In this document: positions 15,425-28,104 of the stretch, piece after piece
Position numbering within the stretch: the stretch's first letter is position 1
Layout: each line of letters begins with the position of its first letter
Source: Candidatus Rokuibacteriota bacterium
Lineage (GTDB): Bacteria > Methylomirabilota > Methylomirabilia > Rokubacteriales > CSP1-6
Direction: 5' to 3'
Assembly (NCBI GenBank): GCA_003220435.1
Contig: QHSL01000060.1
Span: 47,917 to 111,916, forward strand
DNA: 64,000 bases
Notes under the pieces: model-generated
What the model was told of the DNA's origin: nothing
What the model saw: the letters and a program-made list of their open reading frames with translations, nothing else
Database searches by the model: none
Position numbers and translations under genes: made by a program

Positions 15425-17712
15425 TTAATAGCGACAGCTTTGACCTGGCGGAAGTCCGTAAGCCCGCTGATGGTCTTGAGCACGCCATCCTGCACGAGCG
15501 TGGTCATGCCTTCGGTCTTCGCCTGTACCAGCATCTCGGCGACGCGCGACCTGGTCTGGATGAGGCGCTTCAGCTCGTCGGTCGCGATCAGCAGCTCGTG
15601 GATCGCGGCCCGCCCGCGGTAGCCGGTCTTGCCGCAGGCGCTGCAGCCCTTGCCGCGGTAGAGCACGAACGACTCCTCATACTTGTGGCCGAGCGCGGCC
15701 AGGGCCTCCGCGCCGTACGCCTCGGCGAGCTCGTCGAACTCGCCGCGGTCGGGATGGTACTCCGTCTTGCAGTCGGTGCAGATGCGCTTGACGAGGCGCT
15801 GCGCCATGATGCCCAGCAGCGCGTCGGCGAAGTTGAACGGGTCGAGGCCCATGTCGAGCAAGCGGATGACCGTCTCCACCGAGCTGTTCGTGTGGAGCGT
15901 GCTGAACACCAGGTGGCCGGTCAGCGAGGCTTCGATGCCGGTCGACGCCGTCTCCTCGTCGCGCATCTCGCCGACCATGATCACGTCGGGGTCGGCCCGG
16001 AGGAAGGCGCGCATCGCGGCCGCGAAGTCGAAGCCGATCTTCGGCATCACCTGCACCTGGCGCAGGCCGTACTGCGTGATCTCGACCGGGTCCTCGGCGG
16101 TCCAGATCTTGCGCTCGGGCTTGTTGATGTGGCCGAGGAGCGAGTGCAGCGTGGTAGTCTTGCCCGAGCCGGTCGGCCCGACGCACAGGATGAGCCCGTA
16201 CGGCTTCTCGGCGACCCGCTTGAGCTCGCGGAGGTTGCGGTCCGTCATGCCGAGCTTGTCGAGCGCGATCAGCTCGCTGGCCGCCAGGATCCGCATGACC
16301 ACGTCCTCGTTCTGGTTCGCGGTCGGGATCGTGGCGACACGCAGCTCGATCTCACGGTCGGAGAGCTTGAACTTGATCTTGCCGTCCTGCGGCTTGCGCC
16401 GCTCGGCGATGTCGAGCTGGGCCATGATCTTGATGCGCGCCACGATGGCGCGCCGGTAGGCGCCGGGGATCTTCTGGTACTCCGAGCAGCCGCCGTCGAT
16501 CCGGTACCGGATCACGGTGTCCTTCTGGGTGCCATAGGGCTCGATGTGGATGTCGGAGGCACGCGCCTTGTAGGCGTCCACGATGATCTGGTTGGCGAGC
16601 CGGATGACCGCGCTGTCGTTCTCGTCGAGCTCGCCCAGGCCCATGTCGAGCGTCTCGGTGACGTCTTCGTTCCGCAGGTCGCCGAGGATCGTGCCGATCG
16701 AATCCCTCGCGGTGGTCTCGCCGCCGGCCTGGGCGAGGAAGCGCAGGATGTCCTTCCGGAGCCCGACCGCCCACTTGATCTTCCGGCTCTTCAGCGCCTG
16801 GCTGACGCTGTCCACCCGTTGCAGGTCTTGAGGATTGTCGATGATGACCAGCACACCGTCGTCCTCGCGCCGGAGCGGCATCCAGAAGTTGCGCCGCAGG
16901 TATTCGATCCGAAGATCCTTCATGAGATCGGGCGGCGGGATGATCCGCTCGTCGTACTCGACGAACGGGCACCGGTAGAACTGGCTCAGCGAGACGCCCA
17001 GCTCGTTCGTGGGGACCTTGTACTGCTCGATCAGGATCGACTCGACGTCGGTCTGTCGGCGCCGCGCCTCGGCGATCGCCGAATTCAGCTCGTCCAGCGA
17101 GACTCGGTGCTGCGCCAGCAGGTAGTCGAACTTGGTCTTGGGCCGGTTCTGGCTCTGGATCAGCTGGGTCTGGTTGTTGAACGCGATGCCGAGCGTCTTG
17201 GCGATCCGCGAGACGCCGGTCTCGTCGTCCTTCGTGAAGCGAGGGCCTTTCTTCTTGTTCAGGAGCTGGATCACGCCGATCGTCCGGCCCTCGTGCTGCA
17301 CCGGCATGCCCAGGATCTGCTTGGTCCGGAAGCCCGTCTTCTTGTCCCACGAGCTGTCGAAGCCCAGGGTGGGCGAGATCATCATGAGCTCCGCCCGGTC
17401 GTAGGCGTCCGTGATGTTCACGATCTTGCCGGTGGCGGCGACGAACCCGGCGACGCTCTTTTCGTTGATGGGGAGCCGGATCTCCTTGACCGTGTCGAGC
17501 GCCAGGAACTTCGAGTAGAGCTCCTGCTTGCCGGGCTCGACCGCGTAGATCGTCATCCGGTCGGCGTCGAGCAGGCCGAGGATCTCACCCTGGAGCTCGA
17601 TGAAGAGGCTGTCGATGGTCTTTGCCGCGTGGATGCGGTCGACGAGCTGGACGAGCTTCTGCTCGTACGCGAGGCGCTGCTGTAGGACGACGACCGACTC
17701 TGCTTGGGCCAC
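15421..17712 (-). CDS. Type II secretion / type IV pilus assembly ATPase (GspE/PilB family) with an N-terminal GAF-like domain.
   Basis: Walker A is GPTGSGKTT. The Asp box, Walker B, His box and the C-terminal tetracysteine CTDCK...CSACG are typical of GspE/PilB. The N-terminal roughly 180 aa are GAF-like. I chose the GTG start at 17712 preceded by GGGAGGAAGC. Confidence 0.85.
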   Translation of the reverse strand: MAQAESVVVLQQRLAYEQKLVQLVDRIHAAKTIDSLFIELQGEILGLLDADRMTIYAVEPGKQELYSKFLALDTVKEIRLPINEKSVAGFVAATGKIVNITDAYDRAELMMISPTLGFDSSWDKKTGFRTKQILGMPVQHEGRTIGVIQLLNKKKGPRFTKDDETGVSRIAKTLGIAFNNQTQLIQSQNRPKTKFDYLLAQHRVSLDELNSAIAEARRRQTDVESILIEQYKVPTNELGVSLSQFYRCPFVEYDERIIPPPDLMKDLRIEYLRRNFWMPLRREDDGVLVIIDNPQDLQRVDSVSQALKSRKIKWAVGLRKDILRFLAQAGGETTARDSIGTILGDLRNEDVTETLDMGLGELDENDSAVIRLANQIIVDAYKARASDIHIEPYGTQKDTVIRYRIDGGCSEYQKIPGAYRRAIVARIKIMAQLDIAERRKPQDGKIKFKLSDREIELRVATIPTANQNEDVVMRILAASELIALDKLGMTDRNLRELKRVAEKPYGLILCVGPTGSGKTTTLHSLLGHINKPERKIWTAEDPVEITQYGLRQVQVMPKIGFDFAAAMRAFLRADPDVIMVGEMRDEETASTGIEASLTGHLVFSTLHTNSSVETVIRLLDMGLDPFNFADALLGIMAQRLVKRICTDCKTEYHPDRGEFDELAEAYGAEALAALGHKYEESFVLYRGKGCSACGKTGYRGRAAIHELLIATDELKRLIQTRSRVAEMLVQAKTEGMTTLVQDGVLKTISGLTDFRQVKAVAIK

Positions 17713-17779
17713 GCTTCCTCCCGGACCAGCCAACCAATTCAGTCTAGCAGAGGAGGGCTCGGCCGCCGTAGCATGGCGC

Positions 17780-18973
17780 ATGGCGTCCATGCCCAGACGG
17801 GCCGACGTGATCGTCGTGGGTGGTGGTGCAAACGGGACCAGCACCGCATATCACCTTGCCGCTCGCGGAGTTAGGAGCGTTCTGCTGCTCGAGCGGCACC
17901 ATCTCGGCGCCGGCGCCACCGGAAAATCCGGCGCCCTGGTGCGGATGCACTACACCAACGAGGCCGAGTCCAGGCTCGCGTTCGAAAGCCTCAAGATGTT
18001 TCGCGAATTCCGGAACATCGTCGGCGGCGACTGCGGGTTCGAGCCGATCGGCTTTCTGCAGCTCGTGGCGCCGGGCTTCGAGGCGGCCCTCGAGCGCAAC
18101 GTGACACGGCAGCAGCGCCTCGGGATCGGCACCCAGGTCCTCAGCCCGGATCGGGTGCGGGATCTCCTGCCGGGCAGTCGCGTCGACGACCTCGGCGCCG
18201 CCGCGTGGGAGCCCAACTCGGGCTTCGCCGATCCGAACGCGACGACGTTCGGCTTCGCCGAGGCGGCACGGCGGCTGGGCGCCACGATCGAGACTGGCTG
18301 CGAGGTCACGAGGATCGTCACCGAGCGCGGGCGCGTCGTCGGTGTCGAGACCGCGAACGGACGCGTCGACACCGACACGGTGGTTCTGGTGCCCGGCGCC
18401 TGGGCCGCGCCCCTGCTGAAGCCGCTCGGCCTCGACTTCGGGCTGGCGCCGCACCGGATCCAGATCACCATCTTCCGCTGGCCGGCCGGATTCGACACTC
18501 GCCACTGCGTCGTCATCGACGCCACCCGGCACTCGTGGTTCCGTCCAGAGGGCTCGGCCGCAACGCTGATCGGCGTCGAGCTCGGCGTGGGTCACGCCGA
18601 CCCCGACACGTACGACGAGGGCGTCGATCCGGAGTTCGTGGCGACCTGCCGCGAAGCGTTGAGCGCGCGCCTGCCGGCCTTCGCGAAGGCCACCATGCGC
18701 GGCGGTTGGGCGGGAATGATCATGATGAGCCCCGACGGTCGGCCGATCATCGACCAGATCCCGTCGGTCGCAGGACTCTACTGCATGCTCGGCGACTCGG
18801 GAACCTCGTTCAAGACATCCCCGGCGATCGGCAAGTGCCTCGCCGAGTGGATCGTGGACGGTAAACCGCGGACCGTCGACCTCACGCCGTTCCGCTCGAC
18901 GCGGTTCGCCGAGGGGAGGCTCTGGCAGGACGCGGACAACTACGGGCTCGATGGGCTGACGATTTCCCGCTGA
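17780..18973 (+). CDS. FAD-dependent oxidoreductase (DAO family, sarcosine/glycine-oxidase-like).
   Basis: DVIVVGGGANGTSTAYHLA is a dinucleotide-binding motif. Length and the C-terminal pattern fit the DAO family. Confidence 0.8.
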   Translation: MASMPRRADVIVVGGGANGTSTAYHLAARGVRSVLLLERHHLGAGATGKSGALVRMHYTNEAESRLAFESLKMFREFRNIVGGDCGFEPIGFLQLVAPGFEAALERNVTRQQRLGIGTQVLSPDRVRDLLPGSRVDDLGAAAWEPNSGFADPNATTFGFAEAARRLGATIETGCEVTRIVTERGRVVGVETANGRVDTDTVVLVPGAWAAPLLKPLGLDFGLAPHRIQITIFRWPAGFDTRHCVVIDATRHSWFRPEGSAATLIGVELGVGHADPDTYDEGVDPEFVATCREALSARLPAFAKATMRGGWAGMIMMSPDGRPIIDQIPSVAGLYCMLGDSGTSFKTSPAIGKCLAEWIVDGKPRTVDLTPFRSTRFAEGRLWQDADNYGLDGLTISR

Positions 18974-18977
18974 GCTC

Positions 18978-20378
18978 TCAGCGGCCGAGCGCGGCCAGCA
19001 TCTCCTCCACGCGCGTAAATTTGATCCGGGGTCGTCGCTGGGCCTTCCCGCGCTGTACCTCGATCTCGTTGAGCTTGAGCCAGTCGGCGTAGGAGACGAC
19101 GCGCGGTTGGCGCTCGCGGATCAGCGCCTCGGCCGCGGCGGCGGTCGCCGGCGGCTGGAGCACGGCGCCGATCTCGAGATCCTCGAACATCATCTCGACG
19201 GTCTCGGCCGCGTCCGGCTTGTTGGTGCCGATGACGCCCGTCGGACCGCGCTTGATCCATCCCGCGGTGTACTCGCCGACGAGCGGCTGCTTGCTCGACG
19301 GGTCGAGCACGCGCCCCTTGTCGTTAAGGATGACGCCCCAGCTCTCGTTGAACGGCACGCCCGGCAACGGCACGCCGCGGTAGCCGACCGAGCGGAACAC
19401 GAGCCCGACTTGGAGCTCCTCGAAGCGGTCGGTCGCGCGCGGCTGCAGCGCGCCGGTCGAGGAGGCGTAGAGCTCGTTGCGCACCAGGCGCATAGCCGCG
19501 ACGCGGCCGGCACCGTCACCCCGCAGCTCGACCGGCGAGACGAGGAACCTCAAGACGAGCCGTCGTGACTTGCCCGTCGCCGGGCGCTGCGCATACCCCC
19601 GGAGGATCTCGACCTTCTTCCGCGTGGCCCGGTCCTCGCTGCGCTCGACGGCGGCCCGGCTCAGGTCGTCGAGCTCGACTTCGTCGGGCAGCGCCGTGAT
19701 GTCCGCATCGGCCAGCTCGCCGAGCTCCTTGATCTCGGGATTGGTGAAGGCCGCCTGGGCGGGTCCGCGCCGGCCGAGCAGGTAGACCTCCTTCACGCGG
19801 CTGTGTCGGAGAGTCTCCAGGGCGTAGTCGGCGATGTCGGTGGCGGCCAGCTCCTCCGCGGTCCGGCAGAGGATCCGAACGACATCCACCGCGACGTTCC
19901 CGACGCCGACGACCGCGACGCGTTCCTGCGTGAGATCGAACTCACAGTGGCGATAGTCGGGGTGGCCGTTGTACCAGGCGACGAACTCCGTCGCCGGGTG
20001 GCTCCCGGCCAGGTCCTCGCCGGGAATTCCCATGCGCCGGTCGGTCTGCGCTCCGGTGCAGTACACGATCTGGTGGTAGTGCTCCCGGAGATCCGCGAGC
20101 GTCACATCCTTGCCGAACTCGACGCCTCCGTAGAACCGGAAGCGCGGGTTGGCGGCGACTTTGTCGAACGCAGTGGTGACGAACTTGATCTTCTGATGGT
20201 CGGGTGCGACGCCCAGGCGCACCAGCCCGTACGGTGTGGGCAGCCGGTCGATCAGGTCGACCTCGGCGACCACCTGGGCGTTCTGGAACACGTGGTCGGC
20301 GACGTAGAACCCGGTCGGGCCGGCCCCGATGATCGCGACGCGCAAGGGCCGCGCCGGGGTGCCCGTCGTGAGCGTCAA
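18978..20378 (-). CDS. NADPH:ferredoxin (adrenodoxin-type) reductase, FprA-like.
   Basis: RVAIIGAGPTGFY and VAVVGVGNVAVD are two dinucleotide-binding motifs. The 466-aa length and overall pattern fit the FprA / glutamate-synthase-beta-like family. Confidence 0.8.
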   Translation of the reverse strand: MTLTTGTPARPLRVAIIGAGPTGFYVADHVFQNAQVVAEVDLIDRLPTPYGLVRLGVAPDHQKIKFVTTAFDKVAANPRFRFYGGVEFGKDVTLADLREHYHQIVYCTGAQTDRRMGIPGEDLAGSHPATEFVAWYNGHPDYRHCEFDLTQERVAVVGVGNVAVDVVRILCRTAEELAATDIADYALETLRHSRVKEVYLLGRRGPAQAAFTNPEIKELGELADADITALPDEVELDDLSRAAVERSEDRATRKKVEILRGYAQRPATGKSRRLVLRFLVSPVELRGDGAGRVAAMRLVRNELYASSTGALQPRATDRFEELQVGLVFRSVGYRGVPLPGVPFNESWGVILNDKGRVLDPSSKQPLVGEYTAGWIKRGPTGVIGTNKPDAAETVEMMFEDLEIGAVLQPPATAAAAEALIRERQPRVVSYADWLKLNEIEVQRGKAQRRPRIKFTRVEEMLAALGR

Positions 20379-20820
20379 CGCGGCGGCCCGCTCTCGTCGC
20401 CGAGGAGCTGCATCTGCAGCGTGTCGACCTCGCCCTGGTAGTGATCGCGCTGCGCCTTCACGACGTCGCCGATCGACACCATGCCGACCAGCCGGCCGCC
20501 GCTGTCCACGACCGGCAGGTGACGGATCCGCCGCTCGGTCATCGTGTGCGCCACCGCGAGGAGATCGTCGTGCGGCTGCCCCGTGATGACGTCGCGGGTC
20601 ATGAGGTCGGCGACCGAGCGCTCGAGGAAGCCCTCGTTGCGCGCGGCCTCGCGCACGATGTCGCGTTCGGAGAGGATCCCCACCGGGCGATTTCCCTCCA
20701 CGGCGATCAGCGCGCCGATGTTGTGGCGATCCAGCAGCGCGAGCGCCTCCCGGATTGACTCCTCGGGACGGACCGTCACGGCGATCGAGCCCTTGCGCGC
20801 GAGGATGTTCGCGATGTTCA
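20375..20820 (-). CDS. CBS-domain pair protein.
   Basis: MNIANILARKGSIAVTV... has two CBS repeats (GALIAVEGNRPVGILSERDIV and HLPVVDSGGRLVGMVSIGDVV). The six-frame track fuses it with the upstream MeaB gene in another frame. Confidence 0.8.
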
Positions 20821-21852
20821 TCTGGCGTCTCCTTTGGCGTCTCCCTCTCCGGGTCCGAGTCCGGCTCCCGACATAGTACGCCCCGTCTGGGTTAGGAGCT
20901 GCCGGGCACAGGCGTGGGGCGCGAGCTCGCGCCGGGCCACGCGTTCCAGCAGGCTCGCGCCGGCCGTGCCCTCGGCGCCGAGGCTTTGATTCTCGAGCAC
21001 CGTCTCGGCGACGAGGTCCTGCGCGATCTTCAGCACGCGCGCGGTGACGATTCGCCGGCGCCGGCGCTCGAGCTCGCCGCTGGTCTTGAGATACGCGATG
21101 TGGCCGTCGAGCGCATCGGCGATCGCTTCGATCCCCTCGTCGCGCGCCGCGGACGCCGACAGGACCGGTGGCATCCACGCCGCCTCCGCCGTCGGCAGCA
21201 GCGTGAGCATCGCGCGTAGCTCGGCCACCGTTCGGTCGGCGCCCTCGCGGTCGGCCTTGTTGACCACGTGCACGTCGGCGATCTCGAGCACGCCGGCCTT
21301 GAGCGCCTGCACGTCGTCGCCCAGCCCCGGTACGGAGATGACCAGCACCGTGTGGGCCAGGCGCATGACGTCGACCTCGTCCTGCCCGACACCCACGGTC
21401 TCGACGAGGACGAGATCCCGCCCGGCCGCGTCCATGAGGTCGACGGCGTCGGCCGCCGCGCGGCAAAGACCGCCCAGGGCGCCGCGCGTCGCCATCGAGC
21501 GGATGAAAACGCCGGGATCGAGGGCGAGGTCGCTCATGCGGATGCGATCGCCGAGGATCGCGCCGCCGGAGAACGGCGACGACGGGTCGACGGCGACGAT
21601 GCCGACCGTGCGGCCGCGAGCCCGCGCCACCACCGCCAGCGCGCGCGCCAGCGTGCTCTTGCCGCTGCCGGGCGCGCCCGTGACGCCGACGATCTGGGCC
21701 CGCCCGGTGTGGGGATACATGCGGGCGGACAACGCCTCCGCCCGTGGACCGCCGGACTCCACCCAGGTGAGGCCGCGCCCGAGGGCGCGGATCGATCCTT
21801 CCGCGATCTGGGTTGCGAGCGTCTCGACGTCCGACCTCACCGCGGCGGCCAT
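20818..21852 (-). CDS. meaB: Methylmalonyl-CoA-mutase-associated G-protein chaperone MeaB/ArgK.
   Basis: Walker A is GVTGAPGSGKST, followed by VDPSSPFSGGAILGDRIRM, the NKADR G4 motif and an overall MeaB pattern. No mutase gene is adjacent in this window. Confidence 0.85.
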   Translation of the reverse strand: MAAAVRSDVETLATQIAEGSIRALGRGLTWVESGGPRAEALSARMYPHTGRAQIVGVTGAPGSGKSTLARALAVVARARGRTVGIVAVDPSSPFSGGAILGDRIRMSDLALDPGVFIRSMATRGALGGLCRAAADAVDLMDAAGRDLVLVETVGVGQDEVDVMRLAHTVLVISVPGLGDDVQALKAGVLEIADVHVVNKADREGADRTVAELRAMLTLLPTAEAAWMPPVLSASAARDEGIEAIADALDGHIAYLKTSGELERRRRRIVTARVLKIAQDLVAETVLENQSLGAEGTAGASLLERVARRELAPHACARQLLTQTGRTMSGAGLGPGEGDAKGDAR

Positions 21853-22314
21853 GGTCTCGTGCCATATTACGCGACCGGCGCGTCCCCAGCCCGCTTCCGG
21901 GAGGTTGGGGGGCCTGAAACCCCGGAGTTGTCCGGGCCGGGGCGCTGGTGCGCGTGGTGGCGTTCGGCTAGACTCCCCGGCAGCCGTCCCCAGCCGAGGT
22001 GCCCTTGCGGCTGATCGGACTCGCGGTCATTCTCGCTCTCTGGACATGATCGAAATGGGAAATGGTGCGCTATACAGATCCGTGCAACGCGACGACGGAA
22101 TGAGTAACAACGCCGCTAACGGCAAGGATCGCAAGACTGCCGGATCTCCGTATCTGGATCGCTGCTCCGCGCTAATGGACCGGGCGCGCTGCGTCACACG
22201 GATTATCTAGTTCCGTATACTTCTAGTTCGCCGCATTTGCGGTCTGTCCACGGCGATCGTCATCGGATTGGGTTATACCTGACCGTGCTGCTGAGTGCAG
22301 CCAAGGAGGCGCCG

Positions 22315-22485
22315 ATGTCGGCGGGCAACGCCAAACAGAAGGTCCTTGAGGTGATCGAGAAGCTTCCAGCGGATGCCACGCTGGAGGACGCGATCGAGCG
22401 CCAGGTACCGAGAACCTCCCTCGAAAAAGTAGACGTCACCCATTTCCCAGACGATGAGCGTCAGTGCCTGCAACCGGCGCAGTAG
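22315..22485 (+). CDS. Small hypothetical protein of 56 aa. It is possibly DUF2281-like and antitoxin-like. It sits in a lower-GC island.
   Basis: AAGGAGG lies 6 nt before the ATG. KVLEVIEKLPADATLEDAIERQ resembles small antitoxin-like proteins. The surrounding 21866-22800 region is visibly less GC-rich and contains only broken ORFs. Confidence 0.3.
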   Translation: MSAGNAKQKVLEVIEKLPADATLEDAIERQVPRTSLEKVDVTHFPDDERQCLQPAQ

Positions 22486-22799
22486 CGGTTCGACCGGCGG
22501 TCGTCGATGGAGATTGGGTATTCGTCTCGACCAGCGATCAGCAGCAGGCGCTCACCGAGATCTTCCTCGGCCGCGTGGGTGGAAGAAGAACTATGCTCGT
22601 GCAATCGGCGAGGTCTATGCAGTGAGACGCGCGAGCATCGAGCTGGACGCCACCGGCCGGCGGAGGCTGGGCCGAACAACGCGCTGGAGCCGACGGCCTG
22701 ACGGCCGCGGCTCAGCGCTGGCGTTCGGCGTTCAGCGGATCATCGTCAACGGATGGCACTTCGAGGGCCTGGCGGACCTGGGCCGACTCACCAACTAAA

Positions 22800-23108
22800 T
22801 TACACGACCGCGCCGCGAGGCCGGCGCGACGCCCGCGGCAGAGCCAGCTGAAGCTCGCGACAGCGCTTGCGGAGCGTGTTGCGGTTGAGCCCGAGCAGTC
22901 GCGCCGCGCGGAGCTGGTTGCCTCCGGTCAGCGACAGGACGTGTCCGAGCAGCGGGCGCTCGAGCAGCTCGAGCGCCTCACGATAGAGCCGACCCGGCTT
23001 CGCCGTCGAGAGTCGGTCGACGAGTTGCGGCACGGTCTCGGCCAACGCCCGCGCCACGCCGCGCAGCTCCGCCGTTCCCTCGCCCCGCCCATCCACCACA
23101 TCGACCAT
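22800..23108 (-). CDS. Fis-type helix-turn-helix DNA-binding protein. It is a small stand-alone NtrC-C-terminal-like regulator.
   Basis: The C-terminal HTH TGGNQLRAARLLGLNRNTLRKRC is the Fis/NtrC family signature. Confidence 0.6.
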   Translation of the reverse strand: MVDVVDGRGEGTAELRGVARALAETVPQLVDRLSTAKPGRLYREALELLERPLLGHVLSLTGGNQLRAARLLGLNRNTLRKRCRELQLALPRASRRPRGAVV

Positions 23109-23130
23109 CGCATCCCTCTCTTTTTATAGG

Positions 23131-23184
23131 CGCGCCTCGGCCGGCGGGGCCCCAGCCCCGCGACGGCCTGCGGCGCGCACCGCA
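23131..23184. repeat. Third, diverged copy of the palindromic element found twice at 59588-59713.
   Basis: GCGCCTCGGCCGGCGGGGCCCCAGCCCCGCGACGGCCTGCGGCGCGCAC matches the 59.6-kb copies except for C to G and G to C changes at two positions that pair in the predicted stem. Confidence 0.65.
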
Positions 23185-23199
23185 TGGATAACTCGTGGA

Positions 23200-26414
<3,215 letters not shown>

Positions 26415-26523
26415 GCGCGTGTCCCCCTCGGCGGTCGCTTGCGGCGCAGACCGGAAAAAGGAAAGGCGCCCTCTCGGGCGCCATTACCCGCTGCGACCTC
26501 CTTGTCGCGCGGCGTCCGGAGGC

Positions 26524-26539
26524 AGCAAGGGACGTGCCG
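26524..26539 (-). promoter_or_regulatory. Sigma-54 (-24/-12) promoter candidate for amt.
   Basis: The minus strand reads CGGCACGTCCCTTGCT, where GG and GC are separated by 10 nt. This matches TGGCACG-N4-TTGCW at every position but one. It lies about 110 nt upstream of the amt start. A possible enhancer-like partial palindrome TGCATGCCGGTGCT lies further upstream at about 26668-26681. Confidence 0.5.
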
Positions 26540-26712
26540 TGGTTGCTGGTCAACGACAACGCAAACTTATGCGACGTCGCCTCTCGATTCGGTGCCCGGT
26601 GAATAAGCAATCGCCTCGCGCTGCTCACCCGCCGGGCAGCCCGAGCTTCGTCGGCCTCGACCGTTGCCGGCAGTGCATGCCGGTGCTACGGTCCAGCCCG
26701 AAGGAGCACCCC

Positions 26713-27096
26713 TTGAACGTTCCGTTGGCCGTCAACGGCACCCTGATGCGCGGTCTGTCGCTCAACGGCAACCTTCTGGCAGTCGGCGCCACGTTCGACC
26801 GCGAGGCGATGACGATCCCGAGCTACCGTCTCTGGTCGATCGACGATCGGCATCCCGCGATGGTGCGCGTCTCGCAGGGCGGCGCGGCGATCGCCGTCGA
26901 GGTGTGGCAGGTGCCGGCGGCCGGGCTCGCGACGATCCTGCTCGGCGAGCCGCCGGGGCTGGCGATCGGCAAGGTGCGGCTGGCGGACGGCCAGGAAACG
27001 CTTGGTGTCCTCGGCGAGCCGGCGCTCTGCGAGGGGCAGCGCGAAATCACCGTCTACGGCGGCTGGCGCGCTTACCTCGCGGCAGCGCGCGGCTAG
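26713..27096 (+). CDS. Gamma-glutamylcyclotransferase / AIG2-like family protein.
   Basis: A TTG start at 26713 lies 6 nt after AAGGAG. VNGTLMRGLSLN is the GGCT-fold YGTLxxG motif. The product is about 127 aa. Confidence 0.55.
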   Translation: MNVPLAVNGTLMRGLSLNGNLLAVGATFDREAMTIPSYRLWSIDDRHPAMVRVSQGGAAIAVEVWQVPAAGLATILLGEPPGLAIGKVRLADGQETLGVLGEPALCEGQREITVYGGWRAYLAAARG

Positions 27097-27548
27097 GACC
27101 TGGGCTCGAGCACTTTCCGGTCGAGCTGGCCGAGCCGCTCGGCAAGGATGCCGGCGATGACCACGACGAGCTTGTAGGCGGCGAGGCTGTCGCTCGCGAT
27201 CAGCCGCTGGAACTGCGACCGGGTCAGCAGCTGGTAGTCGCACTCGGTCACGGCCACGACGGTGGCAGACGTCGGGCGGTCGGTGATGATGCTCATCTCG
27301 CCCAGGAGAGTCGGCGCGACGATCTTGGCGAGCAACTGGCGCTGCCCGTCGCCTCCCCGCTTGAAGATCTCCACGTCGCCTTGCAGCAGGAGCAGGAGGC
27401 CGCTCGGCCGCTCGCCCTCGTTCATGAGCGCCTGGCCGGCCGCGGCCCTTTTGCCGACCGAGGCCTGGGCGAGCTGCTCGACCTGAGGGGTGGTCAACCC
27501 ACGGCCGAGCAGCGTGTGCATCACCTCGCGGACCGCGGACGCCTGCAT
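27093..27548 (-). CDS. Cyclic-nucleotide-binding domain protein.
   Basis: GDVEIFKRG...LGEMSIITDRPTSATVVA is a cNMP-binding (CAP effector domain) pattern. The product is 151 aa. Confidence 0.7.
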   Translation of the reverse strand: MQASAVREVMHTLLGRGLTTPQVEQLAQASVGKRAAAGQALMNEGERPSGLLLLLQGDVEIFKRGGDGQRQLLAKIVAPTLLGEMSIITDRPTSATVVAVTECDYQLLTRSQFQRLIASDSLAAYKLVVVIAGILAERLGQLDRKVLEPRS

Positions 27549-27729
27549 CGACGTTGACCCTCCTCACTCGATTGTACGACGTGAGAAGGCGCAGACCGAC
27601 TAACGCCCGACGAGAGCGTCTCGCCGGCGGGCCTCAGCCTATCCGCGGACTTATCGCGCTCCGCGATTTCCCGCGCTGCCGGATTTCAGTGCGAGGCGAG
27701 TCGTTCTGCTGAAGTGGTGGGCAGCTCGA

Positions 27730-28104
27730 CTATCGGCGATCGCAACAGAGACGCCATCGATTCCGCGCGATCCAACCGTAGAGGCGTCGCGCCAGCAACC
27801 CCGTGCCCGGGATCGCCAGACCCGCCGCCAGCCAGCGGAGTCCGCGGATGCGGCGGAGCAACTCGGGCACGGCGTCGGCGCCCGCCAGCACGCGGCCGTC
27901 GGGGAGCACGATCCGCATCGCGGTCGCGCACATCGCCTCCGAGATCTGGGGAAAGCGTTCGCGGCGCGGCGCCGCGCGCCACGGAAGGATCTCGAGGGCG
28001 CCGCCCGAGAGCGCCAGGCGCATGATCCAGAGCGCGCCGGCGCGGCAGCGCGCGCACTCGCCGTCGTAGATCAGGGCGGCGGGTGGGGCTAGCGCTGACC
28101 CCAT
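27730..28104 (-). CDS. Thiol-disulfide oxidoreductase DCC (DUF393) family protein.
   Basis: IYDGECARCRAG matches the DCC YDGxCxxC signature. The product is 124 aa. Confidence 0.7.
   Translation of the reverse strand: MGSALAPPAALIYDGECARCRAGALWIMRLALSGGALEILPWRAAPRRERFPQISEAMCATAMRIVLPDGRVLAGADAVPELLRRIRGLRWLAAGLAIPGTGLLARRLYGWIARNRWRLCCDRR

Noticed and set aside
17600-17779. The upstream extension of the DAO oxidoreductase ORF (MKRLSMVFAAW...).
   Set aside because: It overlaps the PilB-like gene on the other strand, and the nucleotide-binding motif begins right after the ATG at 17780. The short form was chosen.
20375-21865. A 496-aa ORF on the minus strand.
   Set aside because: It is an out-of-frame read-through across two real genes. 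Only its last 148 codons (the CBS protein) are genuine. MeaB is encoded in a different frame (20818..21852).
22480-22500. A tRNA-like GGTTCGA T-loop motif.
   Set aside because: It is an isolated heptamer with no acceptor or anticodon stems around it. No tRNA, rRNA or tmRNA structure could be traced anywhere in the window.
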